The notes: generated from the letters alone by a model not told the origin. A stretch of 62,291 nt of DNA, filler included, from Globobulimina sp. (GCA_003354225.1; 30 parts of 30 records of this genome joined end to end with filler, not necessarily neighbours in it); one strand, 5' to 3'; counted from the first letter of the whole stretch, positions 46,442 through 59,423 are shown. Made by a program: numbers and translations.

Positions 46442-47671
46442 TTATAATTTTGATAAATGTGCTTTCTTATAAAGCAACAAATGATTTCGAATATGCTGTG
46501 GCAACGCATACGGTTTAAACCTGGAAAAATACGCATTTATCTCTTTCAAATGATGCTGAATGTCATTAAACCTTTCACCCCAATCCCAAACCGCACATTT
46601 CATATTCTTGATAAACTGAGCACCGATTCTATCCTCTATAAATTGCTTGGCGTCCTCCAATATTTCCGCTGATATCAAGCTCAAATCCGTACCATTTATC
46701 TCATCCAAAGTGTAGCCCGCATTCGCCAAAACAATTTGCATTTCGATATTATTCGGCAACAACTGATTCACATAAAAATCATACAAATTATATTTGGCGA
46801 TCCAAGAACCGCAAATGGACCAAACCACGATTTTCAATTTCTTGTCACTTGAATTATTTTGCACTCTTAACTTGACCAACCATTCCAACACAGATCGCAG
46901 CGTCGACGCAGTGGCGATGGTGTCACCAATCACAATCGTATTGGCCGACAATAAATTATCATAACTCTCAATCTCGGACATCTTTGACAGCGACGAGTCG
47001 TACCATATTTCCGCAAACCAATTCCCATTCGCATCACAAGAGCGCGACGCCCGAATCTCTGCTAATAACAACTTATTGTCTCCGCCGTAGACCTCATTCC
47101 AGGCTTCGTGCAACTGATAATATCTGCCGCCGCGTAATATGGACAGACAGACAAAAGGAGGTTGGATGTCAAATGCATTTTGAGTGTCAAGCTTCAAAAA
47201 CCTCACAAAATCTTTACTCGATGTCTTCGCTAAGGATAACAATGGCGGCCCCACCAGAAACGGATTGGTTACAATGTCCAGAGCAGCTTCGCTGTAAATC
47301 AACTGCTCGGGCACTGATTCCTTGTAAATGTGCTGTTTGCTAATCTCATGCAATGCGTCCAACGTCGAGATCCATTGTATGTCGCTTAAATGTTGCTTAT
47401 TGGTCAGAACTCCAAACGACGAGCCGGGGATTACGCCCACGATCAATAAACTCGCGCCAACCTTGATTTTATTATTGTACTTCTTCTCTAACTCCTTGCT
47501 TAGGCGCAGCATGGTTGCGGTCTCCATCTCGGAGGTAGCCACATCGTACAACTTCCGGAGTTTATAAAATGCAGATTCGCTCTCTTCCGCATATAGCGAA
47601 TCCTTGGAAACGTTATTTAAGGATATCACTTGATTGTGATTCTCGTTTTTGTGTTTGCGCAAATTGTACAA
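46442..47671 (-). CDS. Type I phosphoribosyltransferase (UPRT-like) ending in SKL; start uncertain, possibly spliced from ATG near 47735
   Basis: LSILRGG and PRPP-binding loop IVIGDTIATASTL; WDWGERF; C-terminal SKL. Confidence 0.7.
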   Translation of the reverse strand: MYNLRKHKNENHNQVISLNNVSKDSLYAEESESAFYKLRKLYDVATSEMETATMLRLSKELEKKYNNKIKVGASLLIVGVIPGSSFGVLTNKQHLSDIQWISTLDALHEISKQHIYKESVPEQLIYSEAALDIVTNPFLVGPPLLSLAKTSSKDFVRFLKLDTQNAFDIQPPFVCLSILRGGRYYQLHEAWNEVYGGDNKLLLAEIRASRSCDANGNWFAEIWYDSSLSKMSEIESYDNLLSANTIVIGDTIATASTLRSVLEWLVKLRVQNNSSDKKLKIVVWSICGSWIAKYNLYDFYVNQLLPNNIEMQIVLANAGYTLDEINGTDLSLISAEILEDAKQFIEDRIGAQFIKNMKCAVWDWGERFNDIQHHLKEINAYFSRFKPYALPQHIRNHLLLYKKAHLSKL

Positions 47672-47843
47672 ATTGTGTTTTGTACATTGCAGTAACGTGT
47701 TTTTTAAGTGCTGATCGAAATGAATGGTGGGCCATATCTCGTTNNNNNNNNNNNNNNNNNNNNNNNNNNNNNNNNNNNNNNNNNNNNTTAATTAATTAAN
47801 NNNNNNNNNNNNNNNNNNNNNNNNNNNNNNNNNNNNNNNNNNN

Positions 47844-48983
47844 AATTTGATTTCATTGATTGGTTATAATCAAAAGGAAGCTGAAAATGAAGAAAAGGTA
47901 TACAAAAAATTAGAGATTCAAAGTAATAACAGATTTAAAAATGATTTAGATGAACAAATTAAAATTAAACAACAACAAAAAAACCTTGCAATGGAAAAGA
48001 AAAATAAATATAGAAATCAATTAAATGCAAAATATCAGGCATATTGCAATGAAGATTTAGAAAAAGAAAAAACAAAACATTCAAAAATGTTGCAATTAAA
48101 AAAAAGCCGATCCGCACAAGTCAAAGAATTAAATTATAAACGAAAATATCAAGAGTTAAAAGCAAGAAAATATGAAGCAAAGCAAGTTGAAAAATTAAAG
48201 AAAGCGTTAATTAAAGACGCCGAAGATAATCAAGTAAAAAAAGAAGAAAATATGAAGAAATTAAAAACGTTTTTAGTGGAAAATGAAAAACAGAAGAAAG
48301 TTAAACAAGAATTACGATTAAAACAAGAAGCAGAAGCTATATGTTTACAGAAAGAATATGCGAAAATGTTGAAAAAACAGGAAGAGCAAAGAGAGAAAAA
48401 ATTATTAGCAATGAATCAGGCGGAAGAGGTAAAATTCGCTGCATTGACATCTTTCACAGCGGACAAAAAAGAGAAAGAAAGACGAGATGCAAAAAAAGCA
48501 GAAATGGAATGGAAAAAAAGAGGAATGTTACAAGATAAGAAAGAGAAAGAAAAAAAAGAGAAATTACGATGTGAAATGGAAGAATGTAAGAAAGCAATTG
48601 ATGCACAAATTAGAGCGAAAATGAATAAAACAAAGAGAGATATATTAGAAAATAAAGAATATGGCAAAAAAATGGTAGAATTACATGCAGAATTTTTAAA
48701 AGAAATTGAAGATAAAAAATTAGCAAAATATAGCAAACAACAAGAACAAGCAACATATTTGGAGCAACAAATTGCATTATTACATAAAAAACAGCAAGAT
48801 GGAAAAACAGAAATGAGTCAAACTGAAAAACTAATCAATAAACAATTATTAGAGACAGTGAGAAAAATTAAATTATCTCCAAATAAAAAAGAGAGTATGA
48901 TGCAAGATAAAGAACAAACCATTAAAATTGATCCAAAAGCACCATTTCAATGGCGGTATGCATATAGAAAAGCACCTTTTTAA
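47844..48983 (+). CDS. Long coiled-coil protein (trichoplein/CFAP-like), 5'-partial
   Basis: E/K/Q-rich heptads, LDEQIK / IDAQIR / LEQQI repeats. Confidence 0.6.
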   Translation, partial: NLISLIGYNQKEAENEEKVYKKLEIQSNNRFKNDLDEQIKIKQQQKNLAMEKKNKYRNQLNAKYQAYCNEDLEKEKTKHSKMLQLKKSRSAQVKELNYKRKYQELKARKYEAKQVEKLKKALIKDAEDNQVKKEENMKKLKTFLVENEKQKKVKQELRLKQEAEAICLQKEYAKMLKKQEEQREKKLLAMNQAEEVKFAALTSFTADKKEKERRDAKKAEMEWKKRGMLQDKKEKEKKEKLRCEMEECKKAIDAQIRAKMNKTKRDILENKEYGKKMVELHAEFLKEIEDKKLAKYSKQQEQATYLEQQIALLHKKQQDGKTEMSQTEKLINKQLLETVRKIKLSPNKKESMMQDKEQTIKIDPKAPFQWRYAYRKAPF

Positions 48984-49922
48984 ATTTTATTGTAGATTTT
49001 GACAAAATTCTTTTTAAACTTATTATTTTAACAATAATACACTTTGCCGTTTTTAAATTCAATAATTTAGATGTTTTGGTTAAATCCAGAGTTTCATCAG
49101 CCATATGCCAGAAAATTCTTGTCATGTACAAACACTGTCAGATAGAAACAATATAAGGTCAAATGGAAACAGTATTTGTAGACTTGAGAATATTGGCAGT
49201 ATAATTGTTTACAGTTGTTGTTGTACATACAACCTTGTTTTAGGATTGGTATATGACTCTGAAATTTCTTGCCATATGGCTGTTTTTGCCATTACAGTTA
49301 AAAATAAAGAAACAATAGTAATAGTAAAATGATAGAGAAAAAAAATAAGAAAATAAAATAAAAAAATAGCCTAATAATAGCTAAGTAAATGTAACAATTT
49401 GTTTTGTGTTTTATAATGTTCCAATCCAGTCCACCCTCCAACACTCACATTCATCTCACATGCAATATTCCTTCCTCTTAAATGGTTGACGATATATGGT
49501 ATGATTGTTTTCATTGTATGTCGTTTACTCTTATCATTACGCACAACCCTCTCACCAAGTTGCGTAATTACATCATTGCATGATTTATTTGCCAATATTT
49601 CATTCAATTTCGCTTTTTTTACAGTTTTCTTTAAAAACAAAGTGTTTAATATCCAAATCAATATAAAACATAAACAAAGTGTTCATACTTTTTTGTCTCT
49701 TTCTTGATTAATCCATACAGAGACTGGAAACAACACTTTTTTAATTTCGCGCCAAGGTTTATCTTTATATCCGATCATTATCAATGGTTTATACCTATCA
49801 CTCTGATATAAATGAGTTATAGNNNNNNNNNNNNNNNNNNNNNNNNNNNNNNNNNNNNNNNNNNNNTTAATTAATTAANNNNNNNNNNNNNNNNNNNNNN
49901 NNNNNNNNNNNNNNNNNNNNNN

Positions 49923-51212
49923 ATCGATTTACTGCCTATAAAATGCGAAAAAGGCGCCGTTTTCTTTGGTGTTTGTCGCGGAAAAATCTCAGAAGGCATA
50001 GATTTCAGTGATGGTATGTCGAGGGCGGTGATATTGGTTGGAATACCATATCCAAATCAAAAAGATTCGCAGATTCATTTCAAAAAAAAATACAACGACC
50101 GCGAAGCCCAAAAAACGAAGGCTAAATTCTTCGGGAAATCTAACGTGTCGCTGCCAGTCATCGTGGATGGCAAAGCTTGGTATACCTTGCAAGCGTATCG
50201 CGCATTGAACCAAGCCTTAGGGCGATGTATACGGCATAGGTGCGATTACGGTGCCATTATATTTTTAGAGTCGCGTTTCTATGGAAGCAGCCTCTCTACG
50301 CAAAAGAACATAAACCAGCTATCAAAGTGGGTGCGGCCGTATATACGGAACAGTCTGAGCGTACAAATGGCGGTTCGCGATCTAATCAAACCATATTTCG
50401 AATATATGGATAAAAACCCACCGCGGATAAATACGCCGCAAACCGCCAAATGGTTGCCGCCGTTTGAAATGCCCACGAATTCGTGGAGTAAACCTAATAA
50501 TCATCGCAACCACAACAATGGTTATCGGAGCTCGAGGACTACGAATCGATTTTTTACGCAAAGTGCCGCGAATAATAATAATAATGTTAGTAATATGAAG
50601 AAGGAATCTTTTACGCAGAGTCCTGCGAATAATCATAAAGAGAGTAACATGAATAAATCATTGGAGCAGTTTAAATTTAATAATAATAGCAATGTGGCAG
50701 CGAAATCGCGATCGGCGCGGTCGGCGTTGGCAGGAAAGCAGCATAATGCTAATGGGAAAGATGTGAAATTTAGTTTTAACGGAGAGAATAAGAGTAATTT
50801 GAATCGGAAGAGGAAGTATGAAGAGATACACAAAGAGAATGACAATCCGTTAATGAATAAGAGGGTGAAGTTGGAGGTGAATAATAATGCGGTGAATGCA
50901 GAGCCGAATTGTGTGCAATGTGGGGATTGTTCGGCAATGATTTGTCGCGGGAAATTTAATAATATAGAATTGGACCGCGGCGGTGGTATATTGCAAGAAT
51001 TTGTGGGTTCACATCAAGAATTCCCTTGTGATACAGCAAAAGATTGCCTTTGGAGCTCGCAGTTGGGACTAACTTTTATGTATAAATACTGTGCGGGATG
51101 TAGGAAATCTGTCGGTTTCCATGTGGTTGGTGCTATGACCAAAGACCGATTGCAATATGTTGGACAAATATTATTTATTGCGGGTGCTGTTAATCTGCTC
51201 ACTATACGATGA
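49923..51212 (+). CDS. FANCJ: Fe-S helicase FANCJ/BRIP1-like, C-terminal part
   Basis: GVCRGKISEGIDFSD..SRAVILVGIPYPN, WY..QAYRALNQALGRCIRH..DYGA. Confidence 0.85.
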   Translation: MDLLPIKCEKGAVFFGVCRGKISEGIDFSDGMSRAVILVGIPYPNQKDSQIHFKKKYNDREAQKTKAKFFGKSNVSLPVIVDGKAWYTLQAYRALNQALGRCIRHRCDYGAIIFLESRFYGSSLSTQKNINQLSKWVRPYIRNSLSVQMAVRDLIKPYFEYMDKNPPRINTPQTAKWLPPFEMPTNSWSKPNNHRNHNNGYRSSRTTNRFFTQSAANNNNNVSNMKKESFTQSPANNHKESNMNKSLEQFKFNNNSNVAAKSRSARSALAGKQHNANGKDVKFSFNGENKSNLNRKRKYEEIHKENDNPLMNKRVKLEVNNNAVNAEPNCVQCGDCSAMICRGKFNNIELDRGGGILQEFVGSHQEFPCDTAKDCLWSSQLGLTFMYKYCAGCRKSVGFHVVGAMTKDRLQYVGQILFIAGAVNLLTIR

Positions 51213-52060
51213 ACTTTACATGAATTTTATTATTAATAAATAATTTGTTTAATGTTACAACATACGCATGCAATCCTTGTATTTTATTTAACATTCTTTT
51301 TATTAATATGCAAAATAATCTGTTATTCAGTTACTCACATTTTCAGTCACGCGATAGAAACTATCAATTAGGGGTTGTCCTAGGTCTCAATTTATATTGC
51401 GCAATATAAGAACTAAGAATTTGTTGTAAAATTTAATGAATCATGGAACGTCGAATCTGCTTTTTACAGAAGAAGGTTTTTCAACATTTTCATCAACACT
51501 GAACAATCTTTCTTTACCAACTTTCTATAATCCTACAAATACACTGTAAATTAAATTATCAAGGCAACACCACCAAAACAAGAATACATCGTATCTGTTC
51601 TATTAATTACTAAATAACCTCACTTTCCCGCGTCCGCGAAGCGAGTAAACCATCCAACAAAATGTCAAAACGATTCACGACAATTAGAGGCAATGGAAAT
51701 GCCACGAATTATAATAATCAATGTAATGAATTTGAAAATATCTTAAATTCCAATACGAATTCAGTGGTTTCCGCACAACCGGTTTGTGTTTCGATTTGTA
51801 TTTACGTCGTTTTACAAATAATTTTAACAAATTAACAGCTTTGGCATCCAACCATTCCAAATCCATTGAATTACAATCGATTAAATCAACCATTGCCATC
51901 ANNNNNNNNNNNNNNNNNNNNNNNNNNNNNNNNNNNNNNNNNNNNTTAATTAATTAANNNNNNNNNNNNNNNNNNNNNNNNNNNNNNNNNNNNNNNNNNN
52001 NACAAATTCAAAAATAAGCAAAAAACCTGGCAATGATTGAGTTTCCTGAGTTCTATCCTA

Positions 52061-52870
52061 CTAAAATTCATCATCAGATTCATCACAGTTTTCTTCTCCT
52101 AACAATCCTCTCAAATTAGGTACCATATAAGTTTCATCAGGTTGAAGGTTGTATTCATCAAAACCTCAAATTGTAAAGCAAAATTATGTCAATCGTGACA
52201 AAGTTAATGTGCAAAATTTACCGTAAAGCAATTGGAGATTCGGCCAATAACCATATTGACCTTTGTCCAACGATTGAGCGTAACCCCTGTATGAACCACA
52301 AATATTACCAAAAGGACTGCACACGTGTCTCTGTTTTCCAGTTCTTCTTCGATGTATAATGGTTGTATAAATATTGTCTTTACAAAATCTGCAAAACATG
52401 AGTAAAGCCGTATTAGGAAAAGGATACAAGTATATACTTACTCATCAATATCAACGTCCAAACTTCGTATATATGGATTCTGGGCTGTCTTACTTGGAAA
52501 ATGACATTCATATATATGAGCAAACAAATGAAATGGGAAATCTAAAACATAAAATATAGTATTTCATGGCATTTTGAATGAGAAAGTACTCACGTATTTG
52601 AAATCCAGCTTGCAAATGTGGAATAACATCATCAAAACCAATAATAATACTGCCACCACAGCCATTCCCTCCACAAACTCGATGAGTACATGTATAAGTT
52701 ATACTTCGGACATGATCTAAGGAATGACCTCTTGGAATTGAACAAAATTGAGATGGGACGTTTGTATTATAAAGGTGGGTAGAGCAATCCAAAGGGAACA
52801 TTGTCATCATAGGCAGACAGGAGGAGAATAGTTCAGAGATCAGAAGCTGTTTGAGAAACAGGTACATGTA
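52061..52870 (-). CDS. Multi-exon hypothetical gene, probably from a different eukaryote
   Basis: Short open segments bounded by GTGAGT/GTAAGT donors and TTTAG/TGCAG acceptors; ends CDESDDEF*. Confidence 0.35.
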
Positions 52871-54079
52871 CATGGAGCAAATTTGTCAAACATCTAAAAA
52901 TATTCAGGTCAGATCAATAAAATTTTGACAGCATGATATTTAATTTTGACAGCACAGCAGCTACATTACCACAATAACTAGAAAAATTCCCCTGGAAACC
53001 TTCAGTACGTCAAATACTTCCTAAAGAACCTGCAGATCATGTACCTCCGATGACAGTACCTACTGCGCCCCGAATGATGCAGAAATGTGGTTTTAGCAAA
53101 ACAAAAAAGTTGACAGCACAGCAAAGAAGTCGACAAGTACGTACTCTACAGTGTGCAAACCTTGGTAGCAAAACAAATATCACAAAACAATTTTCAAAGC
53201 TCAACAAATTGTTAACAACACCGAATGCGGTTGAAAGTACATTTACGACAACAACCATCAACTTTTACTTTTAATTGAATCTATTCAAATAAAATAATAC
53301 TAATAATCAAACATTTGTTTCAATGATGAATTTTCCAAACTTTCTTTGCAATTATTTGTTCTCTTTTCTCTCTAACTTTCTCTCTGACTTCCCTTTGCCA
53401 AAATTGAAAGATATTCGGAGGAAAATACGGGGCTATCACCTTCGCTTCCACTTTGAGGACTGGAATCACAGTCTTGACAACTGTCTTGAGTACCGGGAGC
53501 TGTTGGACTGGGAGTTTGTACACTTGGATGTTCATTTGGTATTTTTCTATTAATTTCTCTCTCAGATAGCAAATCACCTTTTCCTTTTTTGAACAATCTA
53601 AATAAAGTACAGTGTACTATGTAATGCTTAGTCATTCATTCATTCATCATATTTGGACAGCACCACGAGGGTGCGGAGATAACAATTTAATTACCTTTTC
53701 GGAGTTTCTATATCGATTGACTGTTCCTTTTCATTCACATGTAACAGTTTACTGTTTTCTCGGTCGGCGTCCAACTTGAGAGCCATATCCATCTCGGGCG
53801 TGACAGGCACCGACGCATCTGACCCATCATAGATTAGTGGAGAGAAAGTCGTGTCCGATCCACTTTCATTTTGTTTTCCCAGAAGACTGTCCACCAGAGA
53901 AACACTGCAAAGTACAATTTAAAATACAATATTTTGGCTTTTCTGTGATAATACATACTGCACAAATGAGATGGTGTAANNNNNNNNNNNNNNNNNNNNN
54001 NNNNNNNNNNNNNNNNNNNNNNNTTAATTAATTAANNNNNNNNNNNNNNNNNNNNNNNNNNNNNNNNNNNNNNNNNNNN

Positions 54080-54989
54080 TTCCCAAATACATTCGGCGTC
54101 GGAGTCTGTAACAATAAAATCAGAATCTCGATAGTCTGAAAAAATAATACTATCATATTTCTGACCATATTCAACAATGTATGTCGCATATTCAACTAAT
54201 ATTGTGTCACAAAAGTCGTTGTTAAATACTATACAAATCCGTTGATTACTCTCTTCCTTTATGTCTGGATCCCCATCGACAGGAATATGCGCAAAATGTT
54301 GGTAAAAACTATCTAACATAAAAAGCGCAAAACATTTCTTCTCACTAACAAAATATTTCAATATATCCATTAGATTTACTGTAGGAAAATCTGTTTCTTT
54401 TAAAATTATAACATTTTCATCAATAACAAACTCCATATTGTCATGTCGTCGAAAATTTAATTTGTCGTTCAGTGTCATAATCCAAAACATGGTCATCCAC
54501 CCATTTCAACTCTTCATTCCACATTCCATCATTTGGTAAATGTGATTCCCATTCAATTTGCATAGTGTCCAGATCGTCTCTGTATGACTTGGATGGAAAA
54601 TCAGCTGAAGGATGGCAATCAGCTTTATATGAGGCAAAAAAAGTATGTTTCAATTTAAGCATCGATATTGCATCAAAATGGAGATCAATATTCAATCGGA
54701 ATGTGGCTGTGTTATTGTAATAATAATGTGGAACGATACTATCGTTTGAATATAATGTGTTAATTGTATTTGCTATTAAAATGGATGCACTTTTGTGATC
54801 CAATTTGTTTGATAAGTTGGTATTATAAAACGATATCATTGATAAATGATCCAAATATTGCATCACAGTGTAAATCACATCTGTATTAAGAAAATAATCT
54901 AAATCTGGATGAGTGTATTTAGCACATGCTTTGCACCTCAATTTTAATGGGGAATTTGATTCATTACAATTGAAACATTTCCATGACAT
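54080..54989 (-). CDS. RanBP2-type zinc finger plus F-box-like protein, frame break near 54455, 3'-partial
   Basis: WKCFNC...CKAC; LNTDVIYTVMQYLD; two overlapping ORFs. Confidence 0.55.
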
Positions 54990-55214
54990 GGAGAGATGCT
55001 AGTGTTCAGAATTCCAGATTGCAGTTTTTTTTCAGTGAACATTTTTCTCAAAACGCAATTTTGGTTTTCTCAATGAACAGATACGTGCATGATCATGATG
55101 CGATGGATTAAATGGCATGGTTTCAATTGTTCACAGTTTTTCAGATTGTAATAAGATATTTTTTTGCGAAGTTTAAGTTTGGATTTATATGTCTCCTTGC
55201 ACTTGCTTCGAACC

Positions 55215-56057
55215 ATGATGACTAGCACTTGTACGAATGTATCAATTAAAACCGATTCAAGCTTATATGGTGGTGATATGAACAGAAATCTGAAAATTAG
55301 CAATTTGCCGCAGCACTACAACGACATGGATATTATCTCAGGTTTAAAGCAATTAATTAATCCAATCTCTAAACATGTAGATTTCAAAAAAATTATATTT
55401 AACCGTGGTCGATCCGGAAAAGTCTCCCTTTTTGTTAAATTTGCTAATAAACAGCATGTTATGTAACTAATTTTATTTTTTAATTAATTTTTTTTTCACT
55501 TTTATAAATCTTTTTTTCTCAGAATTTTATTTTTTTTCTTGACGAGATGCCCAGAAATTGCATCTTCAAAAACACAATTTCAATTTTTACCTTTCTTATT
55601 GATTGAAACCAATTTGTCCAACACGTACAACATCGAAATAAAATTTTGTTTTTGGATTTTTTTAATTGTTTGTACTCTATGATATGATCCTTGCACTAAA
55701 CTAAATTAATGCTTTTTGTTTGCAATGTATATATAATTAGTTATTAGCAGCATATTCAAACATAAATAATAATTCAATGGGTGGCAATGCGATATCTGTC
55801 GAGTATGCACAGGATGGCCACATCCCGAAAGCACCAAAATCATTATCCAATGCCCGACCGTCCACAATGTATAGAGCTGGTTTTATCGTTCAAAACTTAC
55901 AAAATGGAAAAGAAAGAATGACGACCATTATACCGCATAATCATCATAATATTACCAACAATTTGCACAAAAATGGCATTCATCGCAAAATTAATGGCAT
56001 CAAACGCAGCAAGACTGTGATTAAAAAACAGCACAAACTGAAAAAAACAAAACCGGC
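55215..56057 (+). CDS. RRM protein, spliced (intron about 55460-55750), 3'-partial
   Basis: LKISNLP (RNP2), LFVKF (RNP1), MGGNAISVEYA. Confidence 0.6.
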
Positions 56058-56157
56058 NNNNNNNNNNNNNNNNNNNNNNNNNNNNNNNNNNNNNNNNNNN
56101 NTTAATTAATTAANNNNNNNNNNNNNNNNNNNNNNNNNNNNNNNNNNNNNNNNNNNN

Positions 56158-58012
56158 TGCCACATTGCTAAAATATCCAATGTATGAACTATTATTATCA
56201 TCATGCACTGCAATATTGGAATTACGGTCGAATGGTGAAGATTTTGCAATTTCTGGCAATTATAAGCTGTATGATTTACTAAAAGAGAAAGATGATATTA
56301 TTGCTGTCAAATTGGCGAATAAATCGCATTGTATGTGTCAAAGATTGCAGCCTAAAAAACTGGCACTATTCGCAGCACAGTCAGCAATCAACAAAAATAA
56401 AAATAAAAATGAACATCAAGAAGAAAAAAAAGAAGAAAGCCTTTCAAAAAAATTGGATGAACCACAACAAAAAGAACTTCTTTCCCACTTTCAAAAGGCA
56501 AATATTTTTGATTTAATGCACGAATATAATCAAGAAAAAAATATAAATGGCTCTGACAATAAAAATAACGGCGAATATCAATCCATTTTAATCGAACTCA
56601 AATCATTTTGTTTGAATTGGTTTGAACAAAATAAAAACAAAAACGAAACCTATGATACAAAAGAAATATTAAATGCATTATCAGCGAATTTATATTCATC
56701 CTTCGAGTCTGAAATAAATTATTTGTCCACATCATATTTTATCACATCTGACTTTGAGTGGCAACAACAATTATTTATGGAGTTAGGCTTTAAACCGCAA
56801 ATTGATCCACATACAAATTTATCGATTGATATGAATAAATATGAATTGACATGGAATGATTACTTGGTTTTTGATGATATAAATACGGAAATATTGAGCA
56901 AAGAAATCAAGAAACGATTTATTTCCAACATTGCTGCCTGGAATAAATATGGATTCAGTACGTTGCCACAGCAATATTTCAGTCAAACTAAGAACGAATG
57001 GTTTAATTTACAAATAAAAACAGTATCTGGTGGCAATTTGGTGTCCTATGTGGGTTGGAACCATTTAATTTCAGATTTGCGGAACAGCAAATTAATGCTT
57101 TTTGCGTTTAATGCAAAAGCCGAAGCAACGAAATTAATGAAAACAGACGCTTTCAAATATAGCATTACCACGCATGAACAATATGGATTTACCATAAATA
57201 CGGAACAATGGTTGAGATTCTGTTTGGATAAAAAGGTTTTACCTATCACATTGTTGAAGGGCTGGATCACGGAATCAAAGCAAGCATTTATGACCAAACG
57301 GGAATTTAATAAATTTATAAAAATTATTGCTGATATTCCCAGTAAGAATAAACGTGAATGGCTGACACAGAAACATGAATATTATCACTCCGTCAATAAA
57401 GAAAATGCGCAGAAATACGCATTATATTTGGAAGCCTGTGCAGTGTACAATAAATATATCGAGAAATATGATGGCAAATTAAATGGATATTTATGTGATC
57501 AAATGATTGAATTGTTTTTCAATGACAGCGTGCAAGGTTTTGTGTGCGAAGCAGGCGACCATAGAGTGGCGGCATTATTTGAACAGCATATTGTCGATAA
57601 ATTTAGATTTATTGTGTCGTGTATTAACAATACACAGCGTTATGAGGCGGATTATAAATTATTAGATCAACAGCAACAGGTTTCATTTTGGACACTATTG
57701 CGCGAGAAATATTTTTCTGGAGTCGCAAAATTGCAACGTTCTACACCTGATATTTTATTAAATAAAGCAATAATTATAAATAATAAAAGAATTAATTGGT
57801 TTGACGCAAAGCATTTTTTTATCTCAAGTTCGTCTAAAATATTATTTAAAAGATTTGTTCAAAGTGCCATTAAATATACAAAAGCATATGGTAATGGTGC
57901 CGTAATTTGTAACGGATTTCAACAAAATGTTGACCAACATCCATCGATACAAAAATATAATGTTACATTGTTAGATGGGAGCCGTGATTTGTCTGTTTAT
58001 TACCAAACATAA
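56158..58012 (+). CDS. Hypothetical protein, 5'-partial
   Basis: 615 uninterrupted codons in AT-rich DNA; no motif recognised. Confidence 0.7.
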
Positions 58013-58235
58013 CATTATCGCTAGTTTTTTGAATTAATTATGCATTTTTTTATTGTGTGGTGCGTGCAAATGCAACAAAACAAGTTTTCACACTCTTTCT
58101 TTTCTAGTCAATCATCTAATGGAAGTATTATGAGTNNNNNNNNNNNNNNNNNNNNNNNNNNNNNNNNNNNNNNNNNNNNTTAATTAATTAANNNNNNNNN
58201 NNNNNNNNNNNNNNNNNNNNNNNNNNNNNNNNNNN

Positions 58236-59354
58236 TTGTTTATTTTTTGTCAATGATTGAATATGTTGAATCAATGCAATTTTATCACCAAATTCAGTCA
58301 CTCCAAATCGATGAAGATCGCTTTTATCAACAAATCTCAATTGTTCTCCTGTAAAATGTTCCTGTTTCATTCCAATTTGTAATGCTTTTTCATATTTTTT
58401 ATATTTCATTTTATCCAAAGACACGATCCATTGCACCACATCATTATAACTCCACTGTTTATAATTTGTCGGATCTAATAATATTAATTTTCTTTGTTCA
58501 TCATATTTTCTCTTTATTTCATTATATTTCATCATTATTTCTTTACATTCATCTTCAAATTTATTCCTTTCTTTCACTAAATTCCCTTCTCTCTTTTTTG
58601 CATTTTTCAATTGTTGTTTCAATGAAATAATATCACTTTGTTTTTGTTGAATAATTTGTGATGAATTCAAATCATTTGATTGTGATTCATTTTCATATTT
58701 ATACACTTCAACACGTAATGAATCAACCTCAGCTTCCAATAATACCAAGCAACTATCTTTAGTTTGCATCAATTCCTTCCATTCATTGATGGATTCCTTC
58801 AATTTATCATTTTCCACATTTAATAATTCATTCTGTCGAGAGACTTTCTCGAAATCAATTCGATAACAACCTGCTTGGTTTCTGGCTAATTTCTCTCTTT
58901 GTTCCGCAGAACGTAACTGTTCACGTAATCTTTCTGCAGCATATAATGGATTTGATGATGGTTTGGATTCAACATTTGGATTTTGATCATTTTGAATCAT
59001 TTTTAAGAATTTTGATTTTGGATATTTCATTCTTGCTCTAGGAATTGGCAACATTTGTTTCTGTAAACTATCTCTTGTTGCTTCAAATCCTTTTTGTGCC
59101 AAAGCAATCAACTTCATTGCCACAATAAATTTATCTACATTTAATCCTCCCGATTGTCGTTGTGTTGCCTCATCCCATATATCAGCCAATGCCTTTTTGT
59201 TCAATCCACTTGAAAGCATTAAGCCAAATATTTGTCCTCCTTGAACAAATCCTACATTTGCTTTATCAACACAGCCAAATACATTTGAATAAAATTCATC
59301 ATTTTGCTGAGTTAATTCTTCGTCAAAATCCATCTGAATTAATTCTTCGTCCAT
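58236..59354 (-). CDS. EH domain + coiled coil + SAM domain protein
   Basis: SGLNKKALADIWD...LNVDKFIVAMKLIALAQKG (EH); WSYNDVVQWI...DLHRFGV.EFGDK (SAM). Confidence 0.8.
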
Positions 59355-59423
59355 CTGAGTTAATTCGATCTTCTCTGAGTTAATTTTAATATTATCTGAA
59401 TCTTAATTTTAAACCAAAAGAGC

